Assembly (NCBI GenBank): GCA_017642585.1
Contig: JAGCOR010000005.1
Coordinates: forward strand, 47,529-111,528
Origin: Alphaproteobacteria bacterium
GTDB lineage: Bacteria; Pseudomonadota; Alphaproteobacteria; Rs-D84
Length of the DNA stretch: 64,000 bases
Direction of reading: 5' to 3'
Program-made: the position numbers and the translations under genes
The notes under the pieces: generated by a model
The model's database searches: none
What the model was told of the DNA's origin: nothing
Seen by the model: the letters and a program-made list of their open reading frames with translations, nothing else
In this document: positions 21,591 through 32,098 of the stretch, piece after piece
Numbering within the stretch: the stretch's first letter is position 1
How the letters are laid out: each line of letters begins with the position of its first letter

Positions 21591-22541
21591 TTAAAAACCA
21601 CTATTTTTCAACCAACGAATATCGCTGTCTGTAAAGGCACGAATATCGTTCAGCCCATATTTCAACATTACTAATCTGTCCCAACCAAAACCGAATGCGA
21701 AACCTTGGTATTTTTCAGGATCTATGCCGCAGTTACGCAAAACATTTGGATGAACCATACCACCACATAATAATTCCAACCATTTATCACCCCATTTCAT
21801 ATCTATTTCAATAGATGGTTCTGTAAAAGGGAAGTATGAAGGACGAATACGTAAATCAACTTCTTTGCCAAAGAATTTAGAAGCAAATACACGCATAGTT
21901 CCCAGCAAATCAGATAAATTTATATTCTTTTCAACTGTATCTATGCATAACCCTTCCAATTGATCAAACATAGCAGAATGGGTCGCGTCTAATTCTTTGC
22001 GGTAACAATTACCCAATGCAAATATCTTGATTGGTGCGCCTAATTTTTCCATAGCACGAATTTGAATCGCACTGGTTTGTGTACGCATAACATTTCCGTT
22101 TTCCAAAAAGAACGAATCTTGCATATCGCGGGCAGGGTGATATTCAGGAGTATTCAACGCAGTAAAATTATGCCAATCATCTTCGATTTCTGGCCCCGTC
22201 ATCAGTGTATACCCCATAGATTCAAATATAGCGATAGCTTCTTTGAATGATTGGGTCACAGGATGTATCGTTCCGCGATTTTTTGGTTCTGTGTCCAATG
22301 TTACATCAACATATTCTGTTGCCAATTTAGAATTCAACACCGCCAATTCTAATTCCGCCTGTTTTTCTTTGAACAACTGGCGCAATTCGGTGTTTTCTGT
22401 GTTCACAACTGCACGTTCTTCGTTGGATAAATTCGCCATATTTTTTAACTTTTGGGTCATAGTCCCATTTTTACCGAATGTTTCGGTGTATAAACTTTGC
22501 AAATCTTCCAAAGAATTTACATTTTTAATTTTATCTTTCAT
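21591..22541 (-). CDS. pheS: Phenylalanyl-tRNA synthetase alpha subunit
   Basis: NFTALNTP.YHPARDMQDSF, RTQTSAIQIR, RPSYFPFTEPS, GFAFGFGWDRL; start at ATG 22541 with GGGG SD. Confidence 0.96.
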   Translation of the reverse strand: MKDKIKNVNSLEDLQSLYTETFGKNGTMTQKLKNMANLSNEERAVVNTENTELRQLFKEKQAELELAVLNSKLATEYVDVTLDTEPKNRGTIHPVTQSFKEAIAIFESMGYTLMTGPEIEDDWHNFTALNTPEYHPARDMQDSFFLENGNVMRTQTSAIQIRAMEKLGAPIKIFALGNCYRKELDATHSAMFDQLEGLCIDTVEKNINLSDLLGTMRVFASKFFGKEVDLRIRPSYFPFTEPSIEIDMKWGDKWLELLCGGMVHPNVLRNCGIDPEKYQGFAFGFGWDRLVMLKYGLNDIRAFTDSDIRWLKNSGF

Positions 22542-22558
22542 TTGTTTTCCCCATCTTA

Positions 22559-22615
22559 TAAAAAAGCAAGGCCGCATATATACGGCCTTTTTTATATTTT
22601 AAACAAAACAAACAC
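22559..22615 (-). promoter_or_regulatory. Terminator-like hairpin between rplT and pheS, preceded by a possible pheM-like mini-ORF (GTG-FVLFKI, 22615-22592)
   Basis: AAGGCCGUA-UAUA-UGCGGCCUU followed by GCUUUUUU on the minus strand. The mini-ORF has two Phe codons and no SD. Confidence 0.4.
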
Positions 22616-22626
22616 GCCGTAATGTG

Positions 22627-22995
22627 TTATTTAACAGATTCGGCAATAAATCGTTTTGCAGTGTCAACCAATGTTTTGAAGTTTTTATCGGCATCATATG
22701 CCATTTGGGCCAAAACTTTGCGATCCAAAGTAACACCCGCTTTCTTCAAACCATTCATAAATTGACTGTATGTTAAACCTTCAGGACGAACAGCTGCATT
22801 GATACGCACAATCCACAAAGAACGGAAATCGCGTTTCTTTTGACGGCGATCACGGTATGCATATTGACCCGCTTTTTCGGTTTTTTCACGTGCTGCACGA
22901 TAAGTAGAATGATGACGACCCAAATAACCTTTGGCTCTGTCCAGAATCTTGCTGTGTTTTTGTTTAACAGTAGTTCCACGTTTTACTCTTGCCAT
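22627..22995 (-). CDS. rplT: 50S ribosomal protein L20
   Basis: MARVKRG...AKGY.G...[24 protein letters not shown]. Confidence 0.97.
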   Translation of the reverse strand: MARVKRGTTVKQKHSKILDRAKGYLGRHHSTYRAAREKTEKAGQYAYRDRRQKKRDFRSLWIVRINAAVRPEGLTYSQFMNGLKKAGVTLDRKVLAQMAYDADKNFKTLVDTAKRFIAESVK

Positions 22996-23006
22996 GATAG
23001 CCCCCT

Positions 23007-23210
23007 TTATTTCAATCCATATGGAGCCAAGATTTTAGCCTGACCTTCCATGTTTTTGTTCAGATACTGTGGCTTGGTCCCCGCGTTATTAGCGCGTTTG
23101 GATTTATGCAACAGACATTTGTGGTGGGCGTTTCTTGCAACGCGAATTTTACCGCTTGCAGTCATGGACGCACGTTTTTTCATATATGATTTTGTTTTTA
23201 ATTTTGGCAT
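23007..23210 (-). CDS. rpmI: 50S ribosomal protein L35
   Basis: MPKLKTK...KKR...TASGKI...LAPYG; upstream of rplT. Confidence 0.92.
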   Translation of the reverse strand: MPKLKTKSYMKKRASMTASGKIRVARNAHHKCLLHKSKRANNAGTKPQYLNKNMEGQAKILAPYGLK

Positions 23211-23337
23211 TTTTTATCCTTTTTTATAAACCTCGTGGCAACGCCTTGCCATGTCGGCTGATGCTTATTTTGACATATTAAAAAGAAAAATCAAGTTTTT
23301 ATTGAATATTGGAATTTTTGCGTTTAAAGTATTTTTC

Positions 23338-24159
23338 ATGACGAAAGACAAATTATCTTATAAGTTGATAAAAATCCTGAAATCCACTTTGGCGGCTATC
23401 GCGGTTCCTGTCTTTTTCATTTATGTTATGATTTCAAAGCCAGATTATACAATTATGAACGGTTTGGCACATGTTGTGTTGCCCGTGGCTAATTTCGTAG
23501 GCGATGTTGTTACATGGCCCATACATGTGGTTGGGGACGGTATAACCTGGGTGCGAGAAACATCCCAAATCCGCGCAGAAAACAAAAGATTGCGCGAAAA
23601 ATTAGATACTTTGTTAAGTCAAAAATATGAATATGAAGTTGCTTTGGCAGAAAATAAAAGATTAGAACAAGAATTGGATGTAAAAAAATCATCGCCTTAT
23701 TCAACTGTTGTTGCAGATATACAATTTAATGATTCTGTGTTTCATCATACTGCATTTTTGATAAACCGCGGAACACAATCAGGATTAGAACGCGGAATGG
23801 TGGTCGTTTCTTTTGATAACAGAATGGTTGGTATGATATCTGATTGTGGCTCTCAATTTTGTAGGGTTCGTGCTTTAAGTGATTCTGATTCAAATATCGC
23901 TATACGAATTGCAGGGGCCGATGTTGCCGGATTTTTACAGGGAAATGGTAAAACAGGTGCTTCGGTTGGTTTCTTCAGCGATACACAATTTTCAGGTCGC
24001 CAGGGATTAAAAGTTATAACCAGTAATATCAGTGGTATTTTACCTTCGGGAATATATGTTGGGGACATGATTGATGAAAACCGTGTTGATGTTTTATCAC
24101 CGAACAAAATTTCCAGGGTATTGGTATTAAAATTTGATAACAACGGTTCATATAAATAA
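23338..24159 (+). CDS. mreC: Rod shape-determining protein MreC
   Basis: N-terminal TM helix, coiled coil (AENKRLRE..ENKRLEQEL), INRG..SG...GM.VV, TS..SG..PSGI.VG. Confidence 0.88.
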   Translation: MTKDKLSYKLIKILKSTLAAIAVPVFFIYVMISKPDYTIMNGLAHVVLPVANFVGDVVTWPIHVVGDGITWVRETSQIRAENKRLREKLDTLLSQKYEYEVALAENKRLEQELDVKKSSPYSTVVADIQFNDSVFHHTAFLINRGTQSGLERGMVVVSFDNRMVGMISDCGSQFCRVRALSDSDSNIAIRIAGADVAGFLQGNGKTGASVGFFSDTQFSGRQGLKVITSNISGILPSGIYVGDMIDENRVDVLSPNKISRVLVLKFDNNGSYK

Positions 24160-24635
24160 TGAATAATGTAAAAACTGTATTTTTTACACTGTTTCCCTTC
24201 TTGGTCACCATATTTTTATGGCGGTTAAGTGTGTATTTTTGGAATCCCGGTGGAATCTTGGCCTTGATTCCAATTTTTTATTATACTTTTGTTAAACAAA
24301 CAGATTGGTTTGCGGGTTTTGCATTACTGTTTTGCTTTTTAATAGATTACAGATGTGGACTGCCTTTGTTTTGGACATCTATTTTTTGTTTAGCATATGC
24401 AATAAACGGTTTTCAAAAATATGTGGATGTTCCACATATGGACAGAAACGCGATGTATTTATTTATGTTGTTTACTGGGGCAGGAATTTTTATTTTAATT
24501 TTTGCAAATTTAACCTGGAAAAATTTAATAAATAATTTATGGTTATTCGTGTGGTTAAATGTTTTATACATGCCAATAACATCTATTGATAGTTTGTTTA
24601 AATACAAAAGGAAAAGTATAACAGATACGCGATGA
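24159..24635 (+). CDS. mreD: MreD-like membrane protein
   Basis: About five hydrophobic segments; positioned between mreC and mrdA. Confidence 0.65.
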   Translation: MNNVKTVFFTLFPFLVTIFLWRLSVYFWNPGGILALIPIFYYTFVKQTDWFAGFALLFCFLIDYRCGLPLFWTSIFCLAYAINGFQKYVDVPHMDRNAMYLFMLFTGAGIFILIFANLTWKNLINNLWLFVWLNVLYMPITSIDSLFKYKRKSITDTR

Positions 24636-24639
24636 AAAA

Positions 24640-26406
24640 ATGATAGATACAGAAGTTGCACGCACTTTTGACAGACGTAGTGCCTTGTTTTTAACAGGTG
24701 GTGTGGCTTTTACTTCTTTTTTGATATTGCGCATGTTACAAATGCAGGTGTTTAATTACAAAGAATACACAAAAAAAAGCGAACATAATTCATTTAGAAC
24801 CCAGGCTATAATTGCACAGCGTGGCAATATATTATCTGAATCTGGGTCAATAATTTCCCGCGATACACAAACATACAGAATTTACGTTATACCAGAAGAA
24901 ACGAACGATTTAGATGGTTTAATAGAAACTGTAAAAAATGATTTGAACCTGCGTAAAAAAACCGTTGATAGAATTTGGCGAACAATAAAAAAACAAAAAG
25001 CTTTTCAACCTGTTTTAATCAGTGAAAATTCAAATTGGAATACATTGGCACGTTTGGCTGCTAAAAATATTCCAGGCCTGCACGTAAACACAGGCTTTTC
25101 CCGCGTATACGAAATGGGACCTGCGGGTGCACAAATATTTGGTTATGTTGGTGCCCCTAAAAAACCGGTTCCAAATGCACCATTTTTTACAACGGGTATA
25201 AATGGTCTGGAAAAAAGATTTAATGACAATATCGCCGGCACAATGGGACAAAGTGTCTTGATTGCTAATGCTGTGGGACGAATCACAGGCGAAGATAAAA
25301 CACAGTATATTTCACCTATACCTGGTCATGATTTAAAAACAACTATTCGTGATAATATACAAAAAATTTTATATGATTCTTTAACTATGAATCGTGCGGG
25401 TTGTGGTGTTGTTTTAGATATAGAAACAGGTGCTATATTGGCAATGGCTTCGACCCCCAGTTTTGATCCAAATAATTTTAGAACAGATGATGGCGAAGAA
25501 TACATTTCTTCACTTTTAACAGATGTTGCAAAACCATTTATGAATAAAACCATTGAGGGTTTATATCCACCTGGATCTACATTCAAAATTGTGGTGGCTT
25601 TGGCAGCGTTGGAAAGTGGCGCGATAACCCCGAAAGAAAAAATCTTTTGTCGTGGATATTGGGAATATGGAAATCATAAATATCATTGCTGGGAAAAAAA
25701 GGGTCATGGTTGGGTTGATTTGGCTGGCGCATTAAAACATTCTTGTGACGTATATTTTTATCAGGTTGCCCTGCGTATAGGTATAGATGCAATTAAACAA
25801 ATGGCATTAAAATTGGGTTTAAATCAAAAATATATGGATGATGTTTTGGCACATGAAATGGCTGGTGTTATACCTGACAGATATTGGAAAGAACAAAACA
25901 TAGGTTCTTCGTGGGTTCATGGGGATACAGTTATTTCCGGCATTGGCCAAGGATTCATCCTGACAAATTGTTTGCAATTGGCCGTGATGATGGCACGCGT
26001 TGCATCCAACAAACAGGTTGTGCCCCATTTGATTTACAGCAATTCAAATCCTGGTTTTGCGGACCTTGGTATCCAAGAGAAAAATTTAAGATTTGTATTA
26101 AATGGTTTGGAACAGGTTACCCAAAAAGGTGGTACCGCATCGGGCAGTGCTATAAATGTTAACGGCAAAAAAATGGGTGGCAAAACAGGAACATCCCAGG
26201 TTCGTAATATTTCAAAATCTGAACGAGAAAAGGGCGTTTTAACAACCGAACAATTAAAATGGAATTTACGAAATCATGGTTTATTTGTGGGGTACGCCCC
26301 AACAAAAGACCCAAAATATGCCGTATGCATAATAATGGAACACGCAGGTGGCAGCAGTCCTGCCGCACGTGCAACCGCAAGAATTATGAAGGAATTATTA
26401 AAATAA
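24640..26406 (+). CDS. mrdA: Penicillin-binding protein 2
   Basis: YPPGSTFK (SxxK), SCDVYFY, GGKTGTSQV; followed by rodA. Confidence 0.94.
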   Translation: MIDTEVARTFDRRSALFLTGGVAFTSFLILRMLQMQVFNYKEYTKKSEHNSFRTQAIIAQRGNILSESGSIISRDTQTYRIYVIPEETNDLDGLIETVKNDLNLRKKTVDRIWRTIKKQKAFQPVLISENSNWNTLARLAAKNIPGLHVNTGFSRVYEMGPAGAQIFGYVGAPKKPVPNAPFFTTGINGLEKRFNDNIAGTMGQSVLIANAVGRITGEDKTQYISPIPGHDLKTTIRDNIQKILYDSLTMNRAGCGVVLDIETGAILAMASTPSFDPNNFRTDDGEEYISSLLTDVAKPFMNKTIEGLYPPGSTFKIVVALAALESGAITPKEKIFCRGYWEYGNHKYHCWEKKGHGWVDLAGALKHSCDVYFYQVALRIGIDAIKQMALKLGLNQKYMDDVLAHEMAGVIPDRYWKEQNIGSSWVHGDTVISGIGQGFILTNCLQLAVMMARVASNKQVVPHLIYSNSNPGFADLGIQEKNLRFVLNGLEQVTQKGGTASGSAINVNGKKMGGKTGTSQVRNISKSEREKGVLTTEQLKWNLRNHGLFVGYAPTKDPKYAVCIIMEHAGGSSPAARATARIMKELLK

Positions 26407-26407
26407 A

Positions 26408-27553
26408 ATGTCAACAACAACACGTGTTTCTAATGCTAATATGATGACTTTCGGTGAAAAGCTGTCGCGTTTTTCATGGGTATTATTTATTCCTATGTGT
26501 GTTGTTTTAATTTTGTCTTTGGTTGTATTGTTCAGTGCGGGTGGTGGTTCATGGCATCCCTTTGCTATGTCCCAATTATTAAAAATTATGTTGGGTATGT
26601 TTATCTTCTTCTTGGTGGCTTTTTCAAACATCAAATTTTGGATAAAAACAGCATATTTTTGGTATGCAATCGCGCTGATTTTGGTTTTATTGGTAACTTT
26701 TGTTGGTAATGTAGGTATGGGCGCACAAAGATGGCTGTCGCTTGGGTTTATAAATTTACAACCATCTGAAATCATAAAGCCTATGTTGGTTTTGGCGCTG
26801 GCGCGTTATTTTGCATGGAAAAATTCAGTTGAATTATTACAGATAAAAAATTACATAGTCCCAACATTATTGTTGTTGGTTCCTTTTGGTTTAATTTGTG
26901 CACAACCCGATCTTGGAACAGGGGTGTCTTTGGGTTTAATTACACTGGGTATGTTTTATATAGTTGGCGCAAATAAAAAATGGTTTTTAATTGCGTTTGT
27001 GTTGGGTTTATTGTCTTTGCCTGCGGTTTGGTATGGTGCGATGCACGATTATCAACGCGACAGAATTATAACCTTTTTGAATCCAGACAAAGATTCCAAG
27101 GGTGCGGGTTATCAAATAAACCAGGCAAAAATTGCATTTGGTTCGGGGGGAATAATCGGCAAAGGTTATTTATCTGGAACACAATCTCAACAATCATTTT
27201 TACCTGAAAAACAAACTGATTTTATATTCACTATGTTGGGTGAAGAATTTGGGTTTATAGGTGCGTTTATTTTATTAACAATATATACATTTATAGTTGC
27301 TATTTTATTCTGGTGCGCTAAAACCTGCAGAAATCGTTTTGGTCAATTGGTCTGTTTCGGTTTTATGTTGAACTTTTTCGTTTATTATTTTATAAATATA
27401 TCCATGGTATTGGGATTGGCACCAACAGTTGGTGTTCCTTTACCGCTTATGTCTTTTGGTGGCAGCAGTTTGATATCTTTACTTTTTGGTTTTGGATTAT
27501 GTCAAAATGCACACATATACAAAGACCAACAATTATCATCCAAGGGGTTTTAA
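26408..27553 (+). CDS. rodA: SEDS glycosyltransferase RodA
   Basis: GAQRWL..LQPSE..K, QPDLGT, GYQINQAKIAFGSGG, FLPEKQTDFIF, GVPLPLMSFGGSS. Confidence 0.95.
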   Translation: MSTTTRVSNANMMTFGEKLSRFSWVLFIPMCVVLILSLVVLFSAGGGSWHPFAMSQLLKIMLGMFIFFLVAFSNIKFWIKTAYFWYAIALILVLLVTFVGNVGMGAQRWLSLGFINLQPSEIIKPMLVLALARYFAWKNSVELLQIKNYIVPTLLLLVPFGLICAQPDLGTGVSLGLITLGMFYIVGANKKWFLIAFVLGLLSLPAVWYGAMHDYQRDRIITFLNPDKDSKGAGYQINQAKIAFGSGGIIGKGYLSGTQSQQSFLPEKQTDFIFTMLGEEFGFIGAFILLTIYTFIVAILFWCAKTCRNRFGQLVCFGFMLNFFVYYFINISMVLGLAPTVGVPLPLMSFGGSSLISLLFGFGLCQNAHIYKDQQLSSKGF

Positions 27554-27556
27554 AAA

Positions 27557-29809
27557 ATGAATCTTTTAATCGTAGAATCTCCATCAAAAGCAAAAACTAT
27601 TGAAAAATATCTGGGTAATGGATGGCGTGTTGTTGCGTCCATAGGACATGTTCGTGATTTAATTCCAGAATCTGGCAGTGTTGATACAGAACACGATTTT
27701 CAACCAAAATGGCAAATTATGCCTGGCAAAGAAAAACAATTAAAATTAATTACAGATGAATTAAAGAAAGCGGACGCGGTTTATTTGGCATCAGATCCTG
27801 ATCGTGAAGGGGAAGCAATTGCTTGGCATATCAATGATATTTTGAATTCCAGAAATGTATTAAAGGGTAAAAAAGTTTATCGTGTCGCGTTCCACGAAAT
27901 TACAAAAAACGCTATATTGGAAGCACTGAAAAATCCACGCGAAATAGATAATAATTTGGTTGATGCATATTTAGTGCGCAGAATCTTAGATTATTTAATT
28001 GGTTTTGGTGTATCCCCATTATTATGGAAAAGAAATTTGGGTAAATCCGCGGGACGCGTTCAATCTGTGGCTGTGAAATTAGTTGTGGATCGTGAAAAAG
28101 AAATTGAAAGTTTTAACCCTGTGGAATATTGGTCTGTGGCTGCAAATTGTGGCAAAGACAAAAATGAATTTAATGCAAATTTGGTAAAATTCGATGGTGA
28201 TAAAATTGAAAAATTAACCATTAAAAACAAAGATATGGTTGATAAAATTTTATCCACAATTGAAACACCATGTGTTGGTCGTGTTTCCCAGATAGAAAAG
28301 AAACAGGTTCAACGTCATGCCGCCGCACCATTTACAACATCTACTCTGCAACAGGAAGCGGCACGTAAATTGCATTTTTCATCTAAACGCACTATGGCAA
28401 CAGCACAAAAATTGTATGAACAAGGTTTTATCACATATATGCGTACTGATGCTACTAATTTATCTAAAGAAGCCGTTGATGAAATTCGCGAATATATAAC
28501 AAAAGAATATGGAAATAAATTTATTCCAAATCAACCAAACATATATGTTACAAAATCTAAAAATGCCCAGGAAGCACACGAAGCAATTCGTCCTACACAC
28601 TTCTTGAATCAAAACGCAGATTTATCTGGTGATGAATTGAAATTGTATAATTTGATTTGGAAAAGAACTGTTGCTTGTCAAATGTCAAATGCGATTTTTG
28701 ATTCTGTGTCTGTGGATATAGATGTAAAATCTGCAACTTTCCATTGTGTTGGAACAACCCGTATATTTGACGGATTTATGAAAGTTTATATCGAAGATAT
28801 GGATGATGAAAAAGAAGATGGCGAAATTAAATTGCCTGAATTAAATATAAATGATGAAATTCAAATTAAATCTTTGATTCCTGAACAACACTTTACTCAA
28901 CCACCTGCACGATTCACAGAAGCGTCCCTGGTTAAAAAATTGGAAGAATTAGGAATCGGTCGTCCATCAACATATGCAACTATTATGTCAACAATTGTCG
29001 ACAGAAAATATGTTGATCAAGATAAACAACACAGATTCCATCCAACAATTGCTGGTTGGGTTTTGGTTTCTTATTTATCTAATTATTTTAAAGATTTGGT
29101 TGATGTTAATTTCACCGCAAAAACAGAAGATACATTGGATGATGTATCAAATGGCAAGAAAGATAAATTGTCATCCCTGCAATCTTTCTGGACACCAACA
29201 AACGAAACTATTTTGACGGCCAAAGATATTAAAACCACAGATATTATTGAAAATATAAATGAATTTATGCATTCTCATTTATTCAAAGATGGTTCTGATA
29301 AATGTCCAAAATGTGGCGCAAAATTGGGTATAAAATTATCTAAATACGGTGCGTTTGTTGGGTGCAGTAATTACCCAAAATGTGATTTTACAATGAAAAT
29401 TGCTGACGGTTTAGATACAGAAAAAGAACCTGAACATATGGATGAAACAAAACCACAAACCGAAAAAGATTTGGGCGAAAATATATTTTTCAAAATTGGC
29501 AAATATGGTCCATATGTTACAAATGGCGAAAAAAATGTTACCGCTAAAAAATATAATTTTGAAACAATTACTTTGGATATTGCTAAAGAATTATTAAGTT
29601 CAGAAAAAAAGAAAATCGAACCAATAATTTTAGGTAAAAATCCAGAAACAGACAAACCAATTTATTATTATCCAGACGGCAGATATGGTCCATATTTGTC
29701 ATCTAATCGTGTAAATGTTTCTGTGAAAGAACAACCCAGTTTATCTGAAGCAATTGATTTAATTAACAGTAAAAAAACAAAAACACCTTTCAAAAAAAGG
29801 TCAAAATAA
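27557..29809 (+). CDS. topA: DNA topoisomerase I
   Basis: LLIVESPSKAKTI, ASDPDREGEAIAWH, SAGRVQS, ITYMRTD, GIGRPSTYA, one Zn ribbon and GKYGPY repeats. Confidence 0.97.
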   Translation: MNLLIVESPSKAKTIEKYLGNGWRVVASIGHVRDLIPESGSVDTEHDFQPKWQIMPGKEKQLKLITDELKKADAVYLASDPDREGEAIAWHINDILNSRNVLKGKKVYRVAFHEITKNAILEALKNPREIDNNLVDAYLVRRILDYLIGFGVSPLLWKRNLGKSAGRVQSVAVKLVVDREKEIESFNPVEYWSVAANCGKDKNEFNANLVKFDGDKIEKLTIKNKDMVDKILSTIETPCVGRVSQIEKKQVQRHAAAPFTTSTLQQEAARKLHFSSKRTMATAQKLYEQGFITYMRTDATNLSKEAVDEIREYITKEYGNKFIPNQPNIYVTKSKNAQEAHEAIRPTHFLNQNADLSGDELKLYNLIWKRTVACQMSNAIFDSVSVDIDVKSATFHCVGTTRIFDGFMKVYIEDMDDEKEDGEIKLPELNINDEIQIKSLIPEQHFTQPPARFTEASLVKKLEELGIGRPSTYATIMSTIVDRKYVDQDKQHRFHPTIAGWVLVSYLSNYFKDLVDVNFTAKTEDTLDDVSNGKKDKLSSLQSFWTPTNETILTAKDIKTTDIIENINEFMHSHLFKDGSDKCPKCGAKLGIKLSKYGAFVGCSNYPKCDFTMKIADGLDTEKEPEHMDETKPQTEKDLGENIFFKIGKYGPYVTNGEKNVTAKKYNFETITLDIAKELLSSEKKKIEPIILGKNPETDKPIYYYPDGRYGPYLSSNRVNVSVKEQPSLSEAIDLINSKKTKTPFKKRSK

Positions 29810-31444
29810 TTGTCAAAATTTGATAATTCTTTTACCGATGAATTAAGACAACGTTTATCCATTGTAGACGTGGTTTCCCGCTGTGTACCGCTTACTAAGA
29901 AAGGTCAAAATTATTGGGGATGTTGTCCATTTCATAATGAAAAAACGCCTTCGTTTTCTGTATCTGAAGAAAAAGGTTTTTATCATTGTTTTGGTTGCAG
30001 TGAACATGGTGATATTATTTCTTTTGTAATGAAATCTGAAAATGTAGATTTCAAAACAGCTATAACCGAATTGGCGGATATGGCTGGAATCAAGGTACCA
30101 GAGATAAAACAAAAATCACAAGAACAAATCGAAGCAGAACAAACCTATGTAAAAATCACTGAAGACAGCGCAAAAATATATCAAGATTTATTGTATTCTG
30201 AATCTGGAAAAATCGCATTAGATTATATAAAAAATCGCGGTTTCAGTGATGAAATGATAAAAAAATATAAAATTGGTTATGCACCAAAAAACAATATTAT
30301 TTCGTCCCATTTTGTAAATATTAAATCAGACAAATTGGTCGCAACAGGTTTGGTGCGTATTGGTAATTATGGCCCATATGATTTCTTTCGTGATAAATTG
30401 ATGTTTCCTATATTCAATGCACATAATCAAATTGTTGCGTTTTCTGGACGATCCTTGGATGGTTCTGAACCAAAATATATAAATACGACAGATACAGAAT
30501 TATTCCACAAACGTCAAACTATATTTGGTTTTAATTTTGCACGTGATGCAATTCATCGTCAAAACAGAACAATTATAGTCGAAGGTCAAATAGATGCAAT
30601 TCAAATGCAAAATCACGGGTTCCCAGAAACCGTTGCACCATTGGGAACCGCATTAACCGAAGATCATATTGCGATTATTTGCAAAGCAAACAGAAATATT
30701 ACATTTTGTTTTGATGGTGATGCCGCAGGACAAAAAGCTGCTGTCAGGGCGTGTATTTTGGTTTTACCGTTTTTGCGCGATAACAGTGACGTTCGTTTTG
30801 CTTTCGTAACTGGTGGAAAAGATCCAGACGAAGTTTTAAAAACACATGGCGAATCTGCTATGCGGGAAATTATTAACAAATCTGTCCCTTTGATTGATTT
30901 TTTGTGGGACAGCGCAAATAAAAATTATTTAATAAATACTCCGGGGGGCAGAACCCAAGCGGAAAAATTTTTGAAAGATTGTACATCTAAAATCAAAGAT
31001 AAAATTTTCCAAAATGAAATAGAACAAGATTATAACAATCGAAAATTTAATCAATGGCATAAATGGAAACAACAAAAATATACACCCGAAATTGATATTC
31101 CAGATATAGATACTATGACGTCACAAATTGTAAAATCTGTGGTTCAAACATATCCAGAATTGGCCGAAAAACACATGGATTTTTTAACAACATTAAATAT
31201 ATCTTTTGATGAAGATGTTGAAAAAACAGATTTAAGTTTGGCTGACGCAGAAAAATTTATTGCATCTCTAAAATTACAAAGATATATATCAAAATTAAAT
31301 AAAGAAAAAGAAGATATTATAAATGATGGTTTTAAAACCAATAAATCTGGTGAAGAAATCACAGAATTAACCAATCAAATCAATATCAAAATAAATGAAG
31401 CCAAAGAAAAACTTGATATGTTATTTGATATAGAAGATAAATAA
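29810..31444 (+). CDS. dnaG: DNA primase
   Basis: CPFHNEKTPSF..HCFGC, PKYIN, IVEGQID, CFDGDAAG, KDPD; TTG start directly after topA. Confidence 0.96.
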   Translation: MSKFDNSFTDELRQRLSIVDVVSRCVPLTKKGQNYWGCCPFHNEKTPSFSVSEEKGFYHCFGCSEHGDIISFVMKSENVDFKTAITELADMAGIKVPEIKQKSQEQIEAEQTYVKITEDSAKIYQDLLYSESGKIALDYIKNRGFSDEMIKKYKIGYAPKNNIISSHFVNIKSDKLVATGLVRIGNYGPYDFFRDKLMFPIFNAHNQIVAFSGRSLDGSEPKYINTTDTELFHKRQTIFGFNFARDAIHRQNRTIIVEGQIDAIQMQNHGFPETVAPLGTALTEDHIAIICKANRNITFCFDGDAAGQKAAVRACILVLPFLRDNSDVRFAFVTGGKDPDEVLKTHGESAMREIINKSVPLIDFLWDSANKNYLINTPGGRTQAEKFLKDCTSKIKDKIFQNEIEQDYNNRKFNQWHKWKQQKYTPEIDIPDIDTMTSQIVKSVVQTYPELAEKHMDFLTTLNISFDEDVEKTDLSLADAEKFIASLKLQRYISKLNKEKEDIINDGFKTNKSGEEITELTNQINIKINEAKEKLDMLFDIEDK

Positions 31445-31445
31445 T

Positions 31446-32039
31446 TTATCTTTGTTGGGTTTTTATAATTTTCAAAAGATTATCAGCTATTTTTTTCGTA
31501 GTATGTTGACTTGCTAAAAATGAAATTAAAAAAGATATTGCTACACATATAAAAATATAGATTTCGGCTGGTTGTATTGCATTATATAAATCTTTCCAAT
31601 ATACATTTATAACAAAATTTGCAACAGCCATAAACATCGCTATTTTTCCTGTGTATTTTCCACTTAAAAATAATGCGCGATCTATTTTAACCTGTTTTGA
31701 TACCTTCTTTAAAATATCTTTTTGTTCATCTGTCATTTCGTCGGTTAAATTTTTCTTTTCGGCATTTTCAAACACATTTAAATTATTTAATTTTGTACGT
31801 GAAATATAAGCACAAACCGACAGATTTAAATATTTTGATATAAGATCAGCATATTCTTCTATGATTTCATTGTCTGGTTCAGAATAATTTAACATATCCC
31901 ATTTAGTTTTAATATCTATAAAATCTTCTTTTGTATAATTTTTTGATAACATATCATCAACACTGGTTGTTTTTAATTTTTCCAACTTTTCTTCAACCAG
32001 TTTTTGTTGATATATTATTGTCTTGAACATATCTGCCAT
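31446..32039 (-). CDS. Hypothetical protein with two C-terminal TM helices
   Basis: 197-aa ORF with AAGG SD; charged N-terminus; ends KTQQR. Confidence 0.65.
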   Translation of the reverse strand: MADMFKTIIYQQKLVEEKLEKLKTTSVDDMLSKNYTKEDFIDIKTKWDMLNYSEPDNEIIEEYADLISKYLNLSVCAYISRTKLNNLNVFENAEKKNLTDEMTDEQKDILKKVSKQVKIDRALFLSGKYTGKIAMFMAVANFVINVYWKDLYNAIQPAEIYIFICVAISFLISFLASQHTTKKIADNLLKIIKTQQR

Positions 32040-32054
32040 TATTATAAACCTTTG

Positions 32055-32095
32055 AAAAAAATACCGGCTTTTTTTAAGAAAATACCGGTATTTTT
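32055..32095 (-). terminator. Terminator-like inverted repeat after ychF
   Basis: AAAAATACCGG...CCGGTATTTTT. Confidence 0.6.
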
Positions 32096-32098
32096 ATA

